A stretch of DNA of 48,237 nt. Source: an uncultured Campylobacterales bacterium (GTDB lineage: Bacteria; Campylobacterota; Campylobacteria; Campylobacterales; QNZT01). The position numbers and the translations under genes were made by a program. The stretch is from NCBI GenBank assembly GCA_964447385.1, contig CAYUSV010000003.1:1-48237 (forward strand). Direction: 5' to 3'. Positions 30,849 to 41,515 of the stretch are shown here, one piece after another. The notes below the pieces were generated by a model that ran no database searches, had not been told where the DNA came from, and saw only the letters and a program-made list of their open reading frames with translations. Each line of letters starts with the position of its first letter. Positions within the stretch are counted from its first letter, which is position 1.

Positions 30849-31832
30849 ATGAATATTTTAGTAACAGGTGGAGCTGGATATATTGGAGCTCATGTTGTAA
30901 AACAGTTGGGTGAACAGACTAATCACAATATCACGGTTTTGGACAGTTTAGTGACTGGTTTTGAGGATTCTATTATTTATGGGCAGTTTATAAAAGCCAA
31001 TTTGAGTGACTATGCAAAAATTGAAGAGATATTTGCGGACAATAAATTTGATGCTGTTATCCATTTTGCTGCAAGTCTTGTTGTTCCTGAAAGTGTTAGT
31101 GATCCTTTAAAATATTATCTTAACAATACTGCAAATACCGCTAATGTTATAAGACTTTGTGTAAAATATGGTGTCAATAAATTTATCTTCTCTTCAACTG
31201 CCGCTGTTTATGGTGAGCCATCTATGGATAAAATTCCTGTTGATGAATTTAGTGAAACTTCTCCTATTAATCCTTATGGAAGCAGTAAATTAATGAGTGA
31301 GACAGTGCTAAAAGATACCTCTTTTGCATTTGAAGATTTTAATTATGTGGCACTTCGTTATTTTAATGTAGCAGGTTCAAGTGTAGATGGAAAAATTGGA
31401 CAATCTACTAAAAATGCCACACTCTTGATAAAAGTTGCAGCTGAGACTGCGGTTGGTAAAAGAGATAAGATATATATTTTTGGTGATGATTATCCAACAG
31501 AGGATGGTACATGTATTAGAGATTATATACATGTTGAAGATTTGGCAAGTGCACATCTTAAAGCTTTGGAGTATCTACAAGATACAAATGAGAGCGGTGT
31601 TTTTAACTGTGGTTATGGGCATGGTTTTAGTGTTAAAGAAGTATTAGATACTATGAAAAAAGTAACTGGTGTTGATTTTGCTGTTGAAGTAAAACAAAGA
31701 AGAGCAGGCGATCCGGCTGTTCTTATCTCCAATAATAGTAAAATTACTAAGATAATGAAGTGGATACCAAAATATGATGATTTAGAACTGATCTGTAAAA
31801 CTACATATGAGTGGGAGAAAAAATTAAAATGA
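30849..31832 (+). CDS. galE: UDP-glucose 4-epimerase
   Basis: [46 protein letters not shown]. Confidence 0.96.
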   Translation: MNILVTGGAGYIGAHVVKQLGEQTNHNITVLDSLVTGFEDSIIYGQFIKANLSDYAKIEEIFADNKFDAVIHFAASLVVPESVSDPLKYYLNNTANTANVIRLCVKYGVNKFIFSSTAAVYGEPSMDKIPVDEFSETSPINPYGSSKLMSETVLKDTSFAFEDFNYVALRYFNVAGSSVDGKIGQSTKNATLLIKVAAETAVGKRDKIYIFGDDYPTEDGTCIRDYIHVEDLASAHLKALEYLQDTNESGVFNCGYGHGFSVKEVLDTMKKVTGVDFAVEVKQRRAGDPAVLISNNSKITKIMKWIPKYDDLELICKTTYEWEKKLK

Positions 31833-32965
31833 AAAAAGTGATGCTTGTTTTTGGAACTAGACCTGAAGCTATTAAGATGGCTCCTTTGGTTAAAGAGTTT
31901 CAAAAGTATCCAAAAGATTTTGAAACTATAGTTTGTGTCACAGCACAACATAGAGAGATGCTGGATCAAGTATTAAATCTTTTTGATATAATTCCTGATT
32001 TTGATCTTGATATTATGAAGCCTGGGCAAAATTTGTATGAGGTGACTACAAATATTCTTTTAGGTTTGCAAAAAGTATTTGAGGATACAAAACCTGATTT
32101 TGTATTAGTCCACGGAGATACGACTACAACTTTGGCAACTTCACTAGCAGCATTTTATCAAAAGATTGCAGTAGGACATGTAGAAGCGGGTTTAAGAACT
32201 CACAATATCTATTCACCATGGCCTGAAGAGGGTAATCGTCAAGTAACTAGTAGATTGGCAACTTACCATTTTGCTCCGACAAAAGAGAGTGGAGATAATC
32301 TACTAAAAGAGAATATTGATATCTCAAATATGATTGTTACGGGCAATACAGTGATAGACGCACTTTTGAGGGTAGTATCAAAGATAAAATCTGATGAGGC
32401 TTTAGAAAAAGAGCTTAAATCAGTAGTTTTGCAAAAAGGTTATTGTGTTAAATGTGATAAAAAATTAGTTTTGGTAACTGGACATAGAAGAGAGAATTTT
32501 GGTCAGGGATTTTTGGATATTTGCAGTGCTTTAAAAGAGCTTGCAAAAAAGTTTCCTGATTGTGATATTGTTTATCCTGTGCATCTAAATCCAAATGTTC
32601 AAAAGCCTGTTATTGAGATATTGTCTGATGTGGATAATGTCTTTTTAATTGATCCTTTGGATTATGAGCCCTTTGTCTATTTGATGAGTAAATCTTATTT
32701 TATTTTAACCGATAGTGGTGGTATACAAGAAGAGGCTCCAAGTCTTGGAAAGCCTGTGTTGGTTATGCGAGATACAACCGAACGACCAGAAGCATTAGCA
32801 GCTGGAACGGTAAAACTTGTTGGTACTGATGTAGAGAAAATTCTTAATGAATCAATAACGCTTTTTCAAGATAAAAAGGCGTATGAGAAAATGTCAAAAT
32901 CACATAACCCTTATGGGGATGGCTTGGCATGTGAGCGTATAGTAACATATTTAAAAGGGAAATAA
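31829..32965 (+). CDS. wecB: UDP-N-acetylglucosamine 2-epimerase (non-hydrolysing)
   Basis: [43 protein letters not shown]; ATG 31829 overlaps the galE stop. Confidence 0.97.
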   Translation: MKKVMLVFGTRPEAIKMAPLVKEFQKYPKDFETIVCVTAQHREMLDQVLNLFDIIPDFDLDIMKPGQNLYEVTTNILLGLQKVFEDTKPDFVLVHGDTTTTLATSLAAFYQKIAVGHVEAGLRTHNIYSPWPEEGNRQVTSRLATYHFAPTKESGDNLLKENIDISNMIVTGNTVIDALLRVVSKIKSDEALEKELKSVVLQKGYCVKCDKKLVLVTGHRRENFGQGFLDICSALKELAKKFPDCDIVYPVHLNPNVQKPVIEILSDVDNVFLIDPLDYEPFVYLMSKSYFILTDSGGIQEEAPSLGKPVLVMRDTTERPEALAAGTVKLVGTDVEKILNESITLFQDKKAYEKMSKSHNPYGDGLACERIVTYLKGK

Positions 32966-32969
32966 GAGT

Positions 32970-34190
32970 ATGAATATAGAAAAAATTTGTGTAATTGGTC
33001 TTGGATATATCGGACTTCCAACCGCTTCACTTTTGGCAAATCGTGGTTATAAAGTACATGGAGTAGATTTGGTTCAAGAGACTGTTGATATTATTAACCA
33101 AGGAAAAATTCATATTGTAGAACCTGATTTAGATACTTTTGTACAATCTGCTGTAAATTCCGGTAATTTGGTAGCAAATATTGTTGCAGATGAAGCTGAT
33201 ATATTTATCATCGCAGTTCCTACTCCGTTTAAGGCAAATCATGTGCCAAATATTGATTATATTATCAGTGCGACTAAAGGATTGGCACCTTTTGTAAAGT
33301 CTGGAAATATTGTAATTTTAGAGTCGACTTCTCCTGTAGGTACAACAGATATAATGGAACAAACTCTTAAAGATGAAGGTGTTGATACGAGTAAAATATA
33401 TTTTGCTCATTGCCCTGAGAGAGTGCTTCCTGGAAAAATTATGCATGAACTTGTTCATAATGATAGAATTGTTGGTGGAACGACAGATGAAGCTACGAAA
33501 AAGACGGTAGAATTTTACAAAACATTTGTTGTTGGTGAGGTTTTAGAGACTGATGCTAGAACTGCCGAGATGGCAAAATTGACTGAAAATAGTTTTCGTG
33601 ATGTAAATATTGCATTTGCAAATGAGTTATCGATGCTTAGTGGGAAATTTGGTATTGATGTGTGGGAACTTATAGATCTTGCAAATAGACACCCTCGTGT
33701 AAATATTTTACAACCTGGATGCGGTGTTGGTGGACACTGTATTGCTGTTGATCCTTGGTTTATTGTTGATGCTGCTAAAGGTGATGCAAAGCTTATTAAA
33801 CAAGCTAGAGAGGTGAATGATTATAAGACTGAATGGGTTATTGAAAAAGTTAAAAATTCTGCATTAGAGTTTGAAAAAAAGCATGGCAAAAAAGCTAGAG
33901 TTGCTTGTATGGGATTGGCGTTTAAGCCTGATATTGATGACCTTAGAGAGTCACCGGCTCTTTATATAACTAAAAGATTGGTCAATGACTCTTTTGATGT
34001 GTTGGCAGTTGAGCCCAATATTGAGAATTTTTCTGATTTTAAAATTTCAGAGTGTAAAGAGGCTGTAAAAATTGCTGATATTATTGTATTTTTAGTCAGC
34101 CATAAAGAGTTTTTGGATTTAGAAATTGATGATTCTAAAGAGATTATTAGTTATTGCAAATTGATAGATAGAAGAAAACAGAAACGATAA
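32970..34190 (+). CDS. wecC: UDP-N-acetyl-D-mannosamine dehydrogenase
   Basis: GLGYIGLP, ESTSPVGTT, CPERVLPG, KLTENSFRDVNIAFANE, GVGGHCIAVDPWF; follows wecB. Confidence 0.93.
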   Translation: MNIEKICVIGLGYIGLPTASLLANRGYKVHGVDLVQETVDIINQGKIHIVEPDLDTFVQSAVNSGNLVANIVADEADIFIIAVPTPFKANHVPNIDYIISATKGLAPFVKSGNIVILESTSPVGTTDIMEQTLKDEGVDTSKIYFAHCPERVLPGKIMHELVHNDRIVGGTTDEATKKTVEFYKTFVVGEVLETDARTAEMAKLTENSFRDVNIAFANELSMLSGKFGIDVWELIDLANRHPRVNILQPGCGVGGHCIAVDPWFIVDAAKGDAKLIKQAREVNDYKTEWVIEKVKNSALEFEKKHGKKARVACMGLAFKPDIDDLRESPALYITKRLVNDSFDVLAVEPNIENFSDFKISECKEAVKIADIIVFLVSHKEFLDLEIDDSKEIISYCKLIDRRKQKR

Positions 34191-34220
34191 TAGCTGTTTA
34201 ATGATAAATAAATCTGTTTT

Positions 34221-34229
34221 TGCTAAAAT
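34221..34229 (+). promoter_or_regulatory. Internal extended -10 (TGnTAAAAT) upstream of the Wzy-like gene
   Basis: TGCTAAAAT in the wecC-wzy gap, 24 nt before ATG 34254. Confidence 0.45.
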
Positions 34230-34253
34230 AGTTCTTAAAAAAGAAAGGTGGAT

Positions 34254-35444
34254 ATGAGTTTTAGAATAATTAAAGACTTTACCCTGCTTTTATTGATTTT
34301 TAGTTTTATTAATGACAACTTCTTAGTTGAAGTTGCAGGTCCAAATATACTTAAGATAATTCTTGGTCTTTTTATAGTGATAAATATACAAGATATTTCA
34401 CATGCGTTTACAAAACCATCTAGTCGTGTTATAAAATCTTTTTTTATTTTTATATCAATTATGACAATTGTGATGTTGATTACAAAAATTTTCTATTTTC
34501 ATACTACCTTAACTGATGGTTTGATAGTTATAGTACCAATGACTGTTGTATTTGCTTATCTTAGTTATTATGGAAATTTTGAGAGATTGCTCTATATTAT
34601 CTGGATAAGTGTTATAGCATCTGCTGTGATATCACTTTTTAATGAACCTGCGACTCAGTGGACGTTTAGGCGTTCTGGTGGTACAACAGATCCAAATGAG
34701 TTTTCTGTTCATCTATTAACGGCAATGGCTATAACAATTTATCTTTTTTATAAAAATAAAAATCTTATTTTTCTTATAGCATCGCAAGTATTGTTTGCTT
34801 ATACTTTGCTCTACGCAGGGTCTAGGTCAGCTATGTTGACACTTGCTATATTAGTTGTATATGCTATATTTGTCAAATTTAGATTTGTTCTTAAGAAGAT
34901 TTTTTCTTTTAAAGGATTGATTGTATTTGCTATTTTGGTTTTTGTTGCACTTCAATTTGATTTTACAAAAGTTGAAGCAGTTACAGGTATGCAAGAGCGT
35001 GCTCAAACTCATGGTACAGCTGATACTAGGTTTGTATCTTGGGAAGCTGGTTGGAGAATGGCACAAGATAACTTTTTATTAGGTGTTGGATTTGATGTGT
35101 ATGAAGATTTTGCTAGGGGTTATGCATTAGATTTTATCGCAGATGGTTCTTTGGCGCCTCACAATATATTTATCAAGCTATTAGCAGAAGCTGGTGTATT
35201 TGCTTTTGCAAGTTTTATCTTCTTTTTATATTTTCTTTTCAGTAGCAAGTATAAGGAGATAGTTAGTGGGGAATATTATTGGATCTATGTAGCAGCTTTG
35301 TCAAATATACTGATGGGGCTTACACTTTCAAGTACTTATGAGAAATATTCTTGGATGTCTTTGGCGTTACTTTCAAATGTAATTATTGTACTGTATAATC
35401 AACAAAAAGAGGTAAAAAGTGAAAATACTCCACATTATACCTAA
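34254..35444 (+). CDS. O-antigen ligase / Wzy polymerase family membrane protein
   Basis: About 10-12 TM segments; R.G...DPN, GSRS, R...W......LLGVG, PHN...L.E.G motifs; context with wza/wzc favours a polymerase; alternative GTG at 34248. Confidence 0.8.
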   Translation: MSFRIIKDFTLLLLIFSFINDNFLVEVAGPNILKIILGLFIVINIQDISHAFTKPSSRVIKSFFIFISIMTIVMLITKIFYFHTTLTDGLIVIVPMTVVFAYLSYYGNFERLLYIIWISVIASAVISLFNEPATQWTFRRSGGTTDPNEFSVHLLTAMAITIYLFYKNKNLIFLIASQVLFAYTLLYAGSRSAMLTLAILVVYAIFVKFRFVLKKIFSFKGLIVFAILVFVALQFDFTKVEAVTGMQERAQTHGTADTRFVSWEAGWRMAQDNFLLGVGFDVYEDFARGYALDFIADGSLAPHNIFIKLLAEAGVFAFASFIFFLYFLFSSKYKEIVSGEYYWIYVAALSNILMGLTLSSTYEKYSWMSLALLSNVIIVLYNQQKEVKSENTPHYT

Positions 35445-36516
35445 CATGTATACAGGCGGTGCAGAGAAATTTTGTATTGATATATGTAATGAGTTGGCAA
35501 AAAATAGCAAACTTGATGTAACAATTTGTTCGGTTGAGAAATTAAATGATAAGCAACAGATTATGTATAAAAAAATCAACTCCAATGTAAAATTTATCTC
35601 ACTAAATAAAGAGGGTAAAAATCCTATTTTTATGCTTAAAATTATAAAAATGTTATTTACGTTAAAGCCTGATGTGACCCATACTCATCTTAGGGCACAG
35701 ATGTTTGCAGCACTTGGTTTGATTCTTTATAGAAAAGCAAACATACATACAATTCATAGTGTAGCAGATAAAGAGACAACAAAAGGACGGTTAAAGTTTT
35801 ATAAGTTTTTATATGATTATTTTAATTTTACTCCGGTCTCTATAAGTAATCAAGTCTTAAAATCAGCACAAAAGCTTTATGGTCAAAAACAGAGTGTGAT
35901 GATAAATAATGGTGCACAAAAGTTACAAAAAACAGATAAATATGAAGAGACAAAAAAATTTATTGATTCACTAAAGAGTGATCAAGATAGTAAAATATTT
36001 GTAAGTGTTGGTAGATTTTACAGTGTTAAAAATCAAGAGCTTTTAATCGAAGCTTTTGAGAAGTTACTTGAAGAAGGATTTGATGTTCATCTTTTAATTT
36101 TAGGTGCTTTAGATGTAGTTCCAGAGTATGCTAAAAAGTGCACGCAGATGATTAAAAGAGATGATCGTATACATGTTATGGGTGAAGTATCAAATGTATC
36201 TGATTATCTGTTAGAGTCTGATGTATTATGTTTTTCATCAATTTATGAGGGGTTTCCTATATCTATTATTGAAGCTATGTCAATTGGCGTTTCTACTATC
36301 TCAACACCAGTTGGTGGTATACCTGATGTTATAAAAGATGGCAAAAATGGTTATCTTTCAAAAGATATGAGTGTAGAGTCTTATAAAGAGGCACTTAAAA
36401 GAGTAATTGTAGGGGATACAATTGATAAAAATACTCTTATGAGTGAATATGAAGAGAAATATAGTGTTGATAAATGTGCTCAAAAGTATTTAGAACTTTA
36501 TAGTGAAAAGTTTTAG
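35419..36516 (+). CDS. Glycosyltransferase family 4 (GT-B)
   Basis: GGAE, HTH, VGRF..VKN, SIYEGFPISIIEAM, TPVGGIPDVI..GKNG. Confidence 0.9.
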   Translation: MKILHIIPNMYTGGAEKFCIDICNELAKNSKLDVTICSVEKLNDKQQIMYKKINSNVKFISLNKEGKNPIFMLKIIKMLFTLKPDVTHTHLRAQMFAALGLILYRKANIHTIHSVADKETTKGRLKFYKFLYDYFNFTPVSISNQVLKSAQKLYGQKQSVMINNGAQKLQKTDKYEETKKFIDSLKSDQDSKIFVSVGRFYSVKNQELLIEAFEKLLEEGFDVHLLILGALDVVPEYAKKCTQMIKRDDRIHVMGEVSNVSDYLLESDVLCFSSIYEGFPISIIEAMSIGVSTISTPVGGIPDVIKDGKNGYLSKDMSVESYKEALKRVIVGDTIDKNTLMSEYEEKYSVDKCAQKYLELYSEKF

Positions 36517-36517
36517 T

Positions 36518-38104
36518 ATGGGTAAATATCTAACCTATATAAATACTTTAAAATATATGAAAGTAAAACAGATTAATTATCGGCTCTTTTATATGCTTCG
36601 ATCAAAATATAGAAAAATTACCAAATTTTCTTACTCTTTTTCTGTAAACTCTTCTGCATGTCTGTTAAAGTTAGATAAAAGTATTGATAGTTATCAAAGC
36701 TTTAATGATAAAGAGTTTATTTTTTTAAATCTTTCACATAAGTTTGAAGATGAGATTGATTGGAATTTTTTAACCCATGGTAAACTTTGGGCATATAATT
36801 TAAACTATTTTGAGTATTTAAACCAAAAAGATTTTGAAAAAGAGAGTGGTTTAAGGCTTATAAATGAATTTATAGATGCAATTAAGATAAATAAAGAGGG
36901 GCTAGAGCCTTTTCCTACCTCACTTCGTAGTATTAATTGGGTAAAATTTCTTATCTTTTATAATGTAGCAAACCAAAAGATAAATGACTCTTTATATGCA
37001 CAATATATGATATTAATGGATAATTTAGAATACCATCTTCTTGGAAATCATCTTCTTGAAAATGGATTTTCATTACTTTTTGGGGCTTACTATTTTAAAG
37101 ATGAACTATTTTATGAAAAAGCCAAAGAGATACTACAAAGTGAGTTAAAAGAGCAAATTCTTGATGATGGTGCACACTTTGAATTAGCTCCGATGTATCA
37201 TCAAATCATGCTTTATAGGGTGCTTGATTCTCTTAATCTTGTTAAGAATAATGATATTTTTGATAAGGAGCTTGAAGCAATTTTAATAGATAGAGCCAAG
37301 ATAATGCTTTGTTGGCTCTATAAAATGAGTTATCAAGATGGTTCAATCCCCCATTTTAATGATAGTACAGATGGTATTGCACCTATTTCAACTGAGTTGT
37401 TTGAATATGCAACACGATTAGGGATAGAGTTTCAAAAAGATAGTCTCTTAAATGAGAGTGGATATCGAGCAATAAACCACGAGCGCTATGAGCTAAGAGT
37501 AGATGTTGGTGAGATTGGTCCTTCATATATTCCAGGTCATGCACATAGTGATACTTTTAACTTCGAGCTTCGAATTGATGGTAAACCTTTTATTGTTGAT
37601 AGTGGCATATCTACATATGAGAGCAATAATTTACGTCTAAAACAGAGAAAAACTGAAGCTCATAATACGGTAAAAATAGGTGAGATTGATCAATCTGAAG
37701 TTTGGTCTAGTTTTAGAGTTGCAAATCGTGCTCATATTAATTTTTTAAAAGAGTACGATAATTTCATAATAGCTTCACATGATGGATATAAAAAGCTAGG
37801 TATTATTCACCAAAGAAGATTTAAGACTACCCCTAATAATATTGAGATAAAAGATATGCTTATTGGCAACTATAATGCAGGATATAAAAATATAGCTTAT
37901 ATACATTTTCATCCTAATATTAGTGATATTAAAATCATAGATGACAAGGTTTTGACAAAAAAGGTGACTTTAATTATAGAGGGTTCAAAAAATTTACAAT
38001 TGGACGATTTTACTTTTGCAAATGGTTTTAACAAAATAGTTGATGCAAAAGTATTAAAAATCAGTTTTAAAGACAAACTTTTAGTTAATTTTAGTCTTAT
38101 TTGA
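36518..38104 (+). CDS. Heparinase II/III-family (alginate lyase-like) protein
   Basis: LW.YNLNYF, LEYHLLGNHLLEN, DGAHFE..PMYH, FND, PGHAHSD, VDSG.STY, T.AHNTV; ATG 36518 follows the GT stop. Confidence 0.85.
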   Translation: MGKYLTYINTLKYMKVKQINYRLFYMLRSKYRKITKFSYSFSVNSSACLLKLDKSIDSYQSFNDKEFIFLNLSHKFEDEIDWNFLTHGKLWAYNLNYFEYLNQKDFEKESGLRLINEFIDAIKINKEGLEPFPTSLRSINWVKFLIFYNVANQKINDSLYAQYMILMDNLEYHLLGNHLLENGFSLLFGAYYFKDELFYEKAKEILQSELKEQILDDGAHFELAPMYHQIMLYRVLDSLNLVKNNDIFDKELEAILIDRAKIMLCWLYKMSYQDGSIPHFNDSTDGIAPISTELFEYATRLGIEFQKDSLLNESGYRAINHERYELRVDVGEIGPSYIPGHAHSDTFNFELRIDGKPFIVDSGISTYESNNLRLKQRKTEAHNTVKIGEIDQSEVWSSFRVANRAHINFLKEYDNFIIASHDGYKKLGIIHQRRFKTTPNNIEIKDMLIGNYNAGYKNIAYIHFHPNISDIKIIDDKVLTKKVTLIIEGSKNLQLDDFTFANGFNKIVDAKVLKISFKDKLLVNFSLI

Positions 38105-38328
38105 AAAATAATTAATGTATTTTATAAATTTAAAGTATTTGTTAATATATTTAATAATAGAATAAAGACTAATATGTATGTAAATATAAATATTATAACC
38201 AAATGTGTAGAAAGTAAAATATTTTAGAATAAAATGTTGTCGTGGTTAAAAAAACTTAATATTTTATTTTAAAATAATATTTAATGGTCTATAATGGATC
38301 AAAACTACAAAAAATAAAGGCAGTAGGT

Positions 38329-39138
38329 ATGAAATACAAACATGTAACAGTTGCATCTATATTGATAGCATCGTTTTTTATGAGTGGATGTAGTTCCAAA
38401 TCAAATCAGTATGTACTTTTTAGTGATAAAAGCAGTGAGCCGAGGGTAATGAATGGTAATGTTTCTATGGAAGACTCATATGAGTATAAACTCATTCCAA
38501 ACAATAGGCTTTCCATTTTGGTGTACAATCATCCAGAACTTAGCACTAGAGATGTAAGGGCACAAGTTGCACCTGCTGATGAGAGAGGAACACTTATTGC
38601 CAAAGATGGAACGATTAATATTCCACTTGTTGGTGTTGTGCGAGTTTCTGGATTAACTTCTAGAGAGGCGGGGGACTTGTTATCAAAAGAGTACGCACGA
38701 TATATAAGAAATGCACATGTAACACTTGAAGTTTTAAATAAAAGAGTTTTTGTGTTGGGTGAGGTTAAAAATCCTGGACGGATAAATATAGTTGAAGATA
38801 CATCAAATGTATTGGAAATTATCGCAAATAGTGGTGGTTTAACTGATGCAGCTGCGAGAGATCAAATTAAGATTATTAGAGGTACGCAAGATAGACCAAT
38901 TGTAAAAACTGTGGATTTAACAAAATTAAGCTCTTTGGGTTCAGGTAATTTATCATTGCATCCAAATGATGTAATTTATGTGATGCCAAATGAACTTAGA
39001 CAGAGAAATATGGCAATTGCACAAGCACTTCCTGGTATTAATATAGTCCAAAGTATTTTGGGAGCACTTTTTACAGGCAAACAGTTAACAAATACACGAA
39101 TATTTAATGTTAACAGTTTTACCGGTTATCAACAATAG
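38329..39138 (+). CDS. wza: Polysaccharide export outer-membrane lipoprotein (Wza/OPX)
   Basis: Lipobox MSG-C; PES motif DGTINIPLVG.V.VSGLT; SLBB VLGEVKNPG; TATAAT at 38290-38295 supports ATG 38329 over 38284. Confidence 0.88.
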   Translation: MKYKHVTVASILIASFFMSGCSSKSNQYVLFSDKSSEPRVMNGNVSMEDSYEYKLIPNNRLSILVYNHPELSTRDVRAQVAPADERGTLIAKDGTINIPLVGVVRVSGLTSREAGDLLSKEYARYIRNAHVTLEVLNKRVFVLGEVKNPGRINIVEDTSNVLEIIANSGGLTDAAARDQIKIIRGTQDRPIVKTVDLTKLSSLGSGNLSLHPNDVIYVMPNELRQRNMAIAQALPGINIVQSILGALFTGKQLTNTRIFNVNSFTGYQQ

Positions 39139-39155
39139 GAAAAGGGAGATAAGGT

Positions 39156-41498
39156 ATGCAAAATTCTCAATTAAATTTGTCAAGAGGCGATGAGAGTGGA
39201 GATTTTAAAAAAGTACTGAGTATACTTGGAAAACAGAAAACATTAAGTTTTCTTATTGTAGCTCTTTTTTTTATTGGAGGTTTGACTTATGCATATTTTG
39301 CAAAGCCAACATATGAAACTTATTCTACAATTGAAGTTAGTAATGATAATCTTGATCTTAGTCTTGATGCTGTTGTAAGAGGAGGCGGTATTGGTCAAGA
39401 TAGCACATTAATTGATACTGAAGTTGAGATTATAAAATCGCGACATTTGATAGAAAAAGCTCTTGAAAAAGTTGGATATGGTATTAGATATTTTGCAACT
39501 GCTGGTTATAAAGAGAGTGAGCTGTATAAAAACAGTCCGATTATAATAACAGAACTAAAGGTTAAAGATCCACTATTTTATGGGACAAAATTTATAATAG
39601 AGCCTATCAATGATAAAGTATATAGAATATATCCAGATTCTGGTAGTGTTCTCAGTGGTATTAAAGAATCAATTGCGTCACTGCTTGGCAAACAGATAAA
39701 TAAGATAAATTATAAGGCAAAACATGAGTTTTCAGAGAGGGTTGATAATAACTATTTTTCTCTCGTAGTTAAGAAAGTTGGAAAATTTGAGAATAAAAGA
39801 TATTCATTTGTATCATTTGACAAAGACCAAGCTATAAACTATGTCTCTAGTAATTTAAATGTTTTTTCACTTTCAAAAAATGGCTCAATTATTAAGATGG
39901 TTTATCAAGATAATAGCGCCAAAAGGGCAAAAGATTTTCTTGATAATTTAGTAAATATATATTTGGATCAAAGCGTTGAGAAAAAAACTTCCCAAGCTTC
40001 AAGTGCATTGACATTTGTTGATGAACAACTGCAAGAGGTTAGTAAAAAACTTCAAAGTTCTGCTGTGAAATTGGAGAACTTTAAAGAGGAAAATAATCTT
40101 GTAGATATAGTGACAGAATCTCAAGCTACTTTGACAAATTTAAGTAATTTTAAAGCTCAACTTTCAGAGGTAAAAATTCAAGAGAGCGCTTTTAATGCCT
40201 TATATAGCGAATTTAAAACCGGAAACTATGGAGCTGTCTCCTCTTTAGCATTGGATTATCCAGTCCTTGGGACGCTATTAAATGATTTGCAAGTTGCAAA
40301 ATCTGAGCGTATTAAATTGTTATCTATCTTTACGGAACTTCATCCTGATATTATCCAAATTGATGATAAGATTAACGATACAAAAATGGCGTTAGAGAGT
40401 GCGATAGAGAGTATTAGTGATAGTATAAGAGAGAGAAAAAGATCATTAGAAGATACACTTTACGATAGCGAAACAAAGCTTTTGAAGTTTCCTGAAAAAG
40501 AGAGAGAGTTAGCAGATCTTCAAAGAAAATATAATGTCAATGAAAAAACATATGAGTTTTTACTTCAGAAACAGGCTGAAATGTCTATCAGTAAAGCATC
40601 AACGGTATCTAGCAACAGAGTGTTAGATAGAGCGGTTGAAGAGAGTGTACCAACAAAACCAAATCTTCCTATGATTGCCGGTTCGAGTCTATTGTTTGGT
40701 TTGATCGCTGCGATGCTTTTAGCATTTTTAAGAGACTTTTTGGATCAAAAGATAAAAACGAGAGAAGATTTAGTAAGTGCTACAAAAATACCATTTTATG
40801 GCGTAGTACCACATGTTAGAAGTGTTGATAAAATGTTTACTATTGATGATCAACAGTCAGTTGCTAGTGAAGCATTAAGACTGATTAGGACAAATTTAGA
40901 ATTTATTGCAACTGAAAATAAGAGTAAGGTAATTGTTGTAACTTCAACTGTTCCACATGAGGGTAAAACAACAATTTCTACCAATTTAGCTGCGGTTTTT
41001 GGTATGGGTGACAAGAAATGTATAGTTTTATCACTTGATATGAGAAGGCCAATGCTTCATAAAGTATTTTCATTGACAAATAAAATCGGTATGAGTACAG
41101 TCCTTTCTAAAAGTAGTGTATTAAAAGAGGTTATTTGGGAGCATAAAAAAATTAAAAATCTTGATATCATTACATCTGGACCAATTCCTCCAAATCCATC
41201 TGAGTTGATGCAAGTTGGTAAAATTGAAGAGATTATAAATGAACTTAGAAAAGAGTATGATTATATTATCATAGATTCTCCTCCGATGGGGCTTGTGACC
41301 GATTCTATCTTACTGATGAAACAAGCAGATATTTCACTTATTGTATTTAGGTCAGAGTTTTCTGAAAAAGAGTATATTAAATCATTAGAAGATGTCATCG
41401 TTTCGTATAATATAAATAATGTTGGTTTAGTATTGAATGGGGTAAAACCAAAAAATATGTCACAAAGCTTTTTTAAGTATAGTTACGCATATAAATAG
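39156..41498 (+). CDS. wzc: Polysaccharide co-polymerase / BY-kinase (Wzc, PCP-2a)
   Basis: Two TM helices flanking a coiled-coil periplasmic region; EALR.IRTNL, PHEGKT, DMRRP, PPNPSEL, IIIDSPP; C-terminal KYSYAYK Tyr cluster. Confidence 0.93.
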   Translation: MQNSQLNLSRGDESGDFKKVLSILGKQKTLSFLIVALFFIGGLTYAYFAKPTYETYSTIEVSNDNLDLSLDAVVRGGGIGQDSTLIDTEVEIIKSRHLIEKALEKVGYGIRYFATAGYKESELYKNSPIIITELKVKDPLFYGTKFIIEPINDKVYRIYPDSGSVLSGIKESIASLLGKQINKINYKAKHEFSERVDNNYFSLVVKKVGKFENKRYSFVSFDKDQAINYVSSNLNVFSLSKNGSIIKMVYQDNSAKRAKDFLDNLVNIYLDQSVEKKTSQASSALTFVDEQLQEVSKKLQSSAVKLENFKEENNLVDIVTESQATLTNLSNFKAQLSEVKIQESAFNALYSEFKTGNYGAVSSLALDYPVLGTLLNDLQVAKSERIKLLSIFTELHPDIIQIDDKINDTKMALESAIESISDSIRERKRSLEDTLYDSETKLLKFPEKERELADLQRKYNVNEKTYEFLLQKQAEMSISKASTVSSNRVLDRAVEESVPTKPNLPMIAGSSLLFGLIAAMLLAFLRDFLDQKIKTREDLVSATKIPFYGVVPHVRSVDKMFTIDDQQSVASEALRLIRTNLEFIATENKSKVIVVTSTVPHEGKTTISTNLAAVFGMGDKKCIVLSLDMRRPMLHKVFSLTNKIGMSTVLSKSSVLKEVIWEHKKIKNLDIITSGPIPPNPSELMQVGKIEEIINELRKEYDYIIIDSPPMGLVTDSILLMKQADISLIVFRSEFSEKEYIKSLEDVIVSYNINNVGLVLNGVKPKNMSQSFFKYSYAYK

Positions 41499-41515
41499 AT
41501 GAAAAGTGGAATCTA

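Noticed and set aside
38319-38326. GGCAGTAG resembling the RfaH ops element upstream of wza
   Set aside because: One mismatch in the core, lacks the downstream TG, overlaps the ribosome-binding region, and there is no evidence for RfaH here
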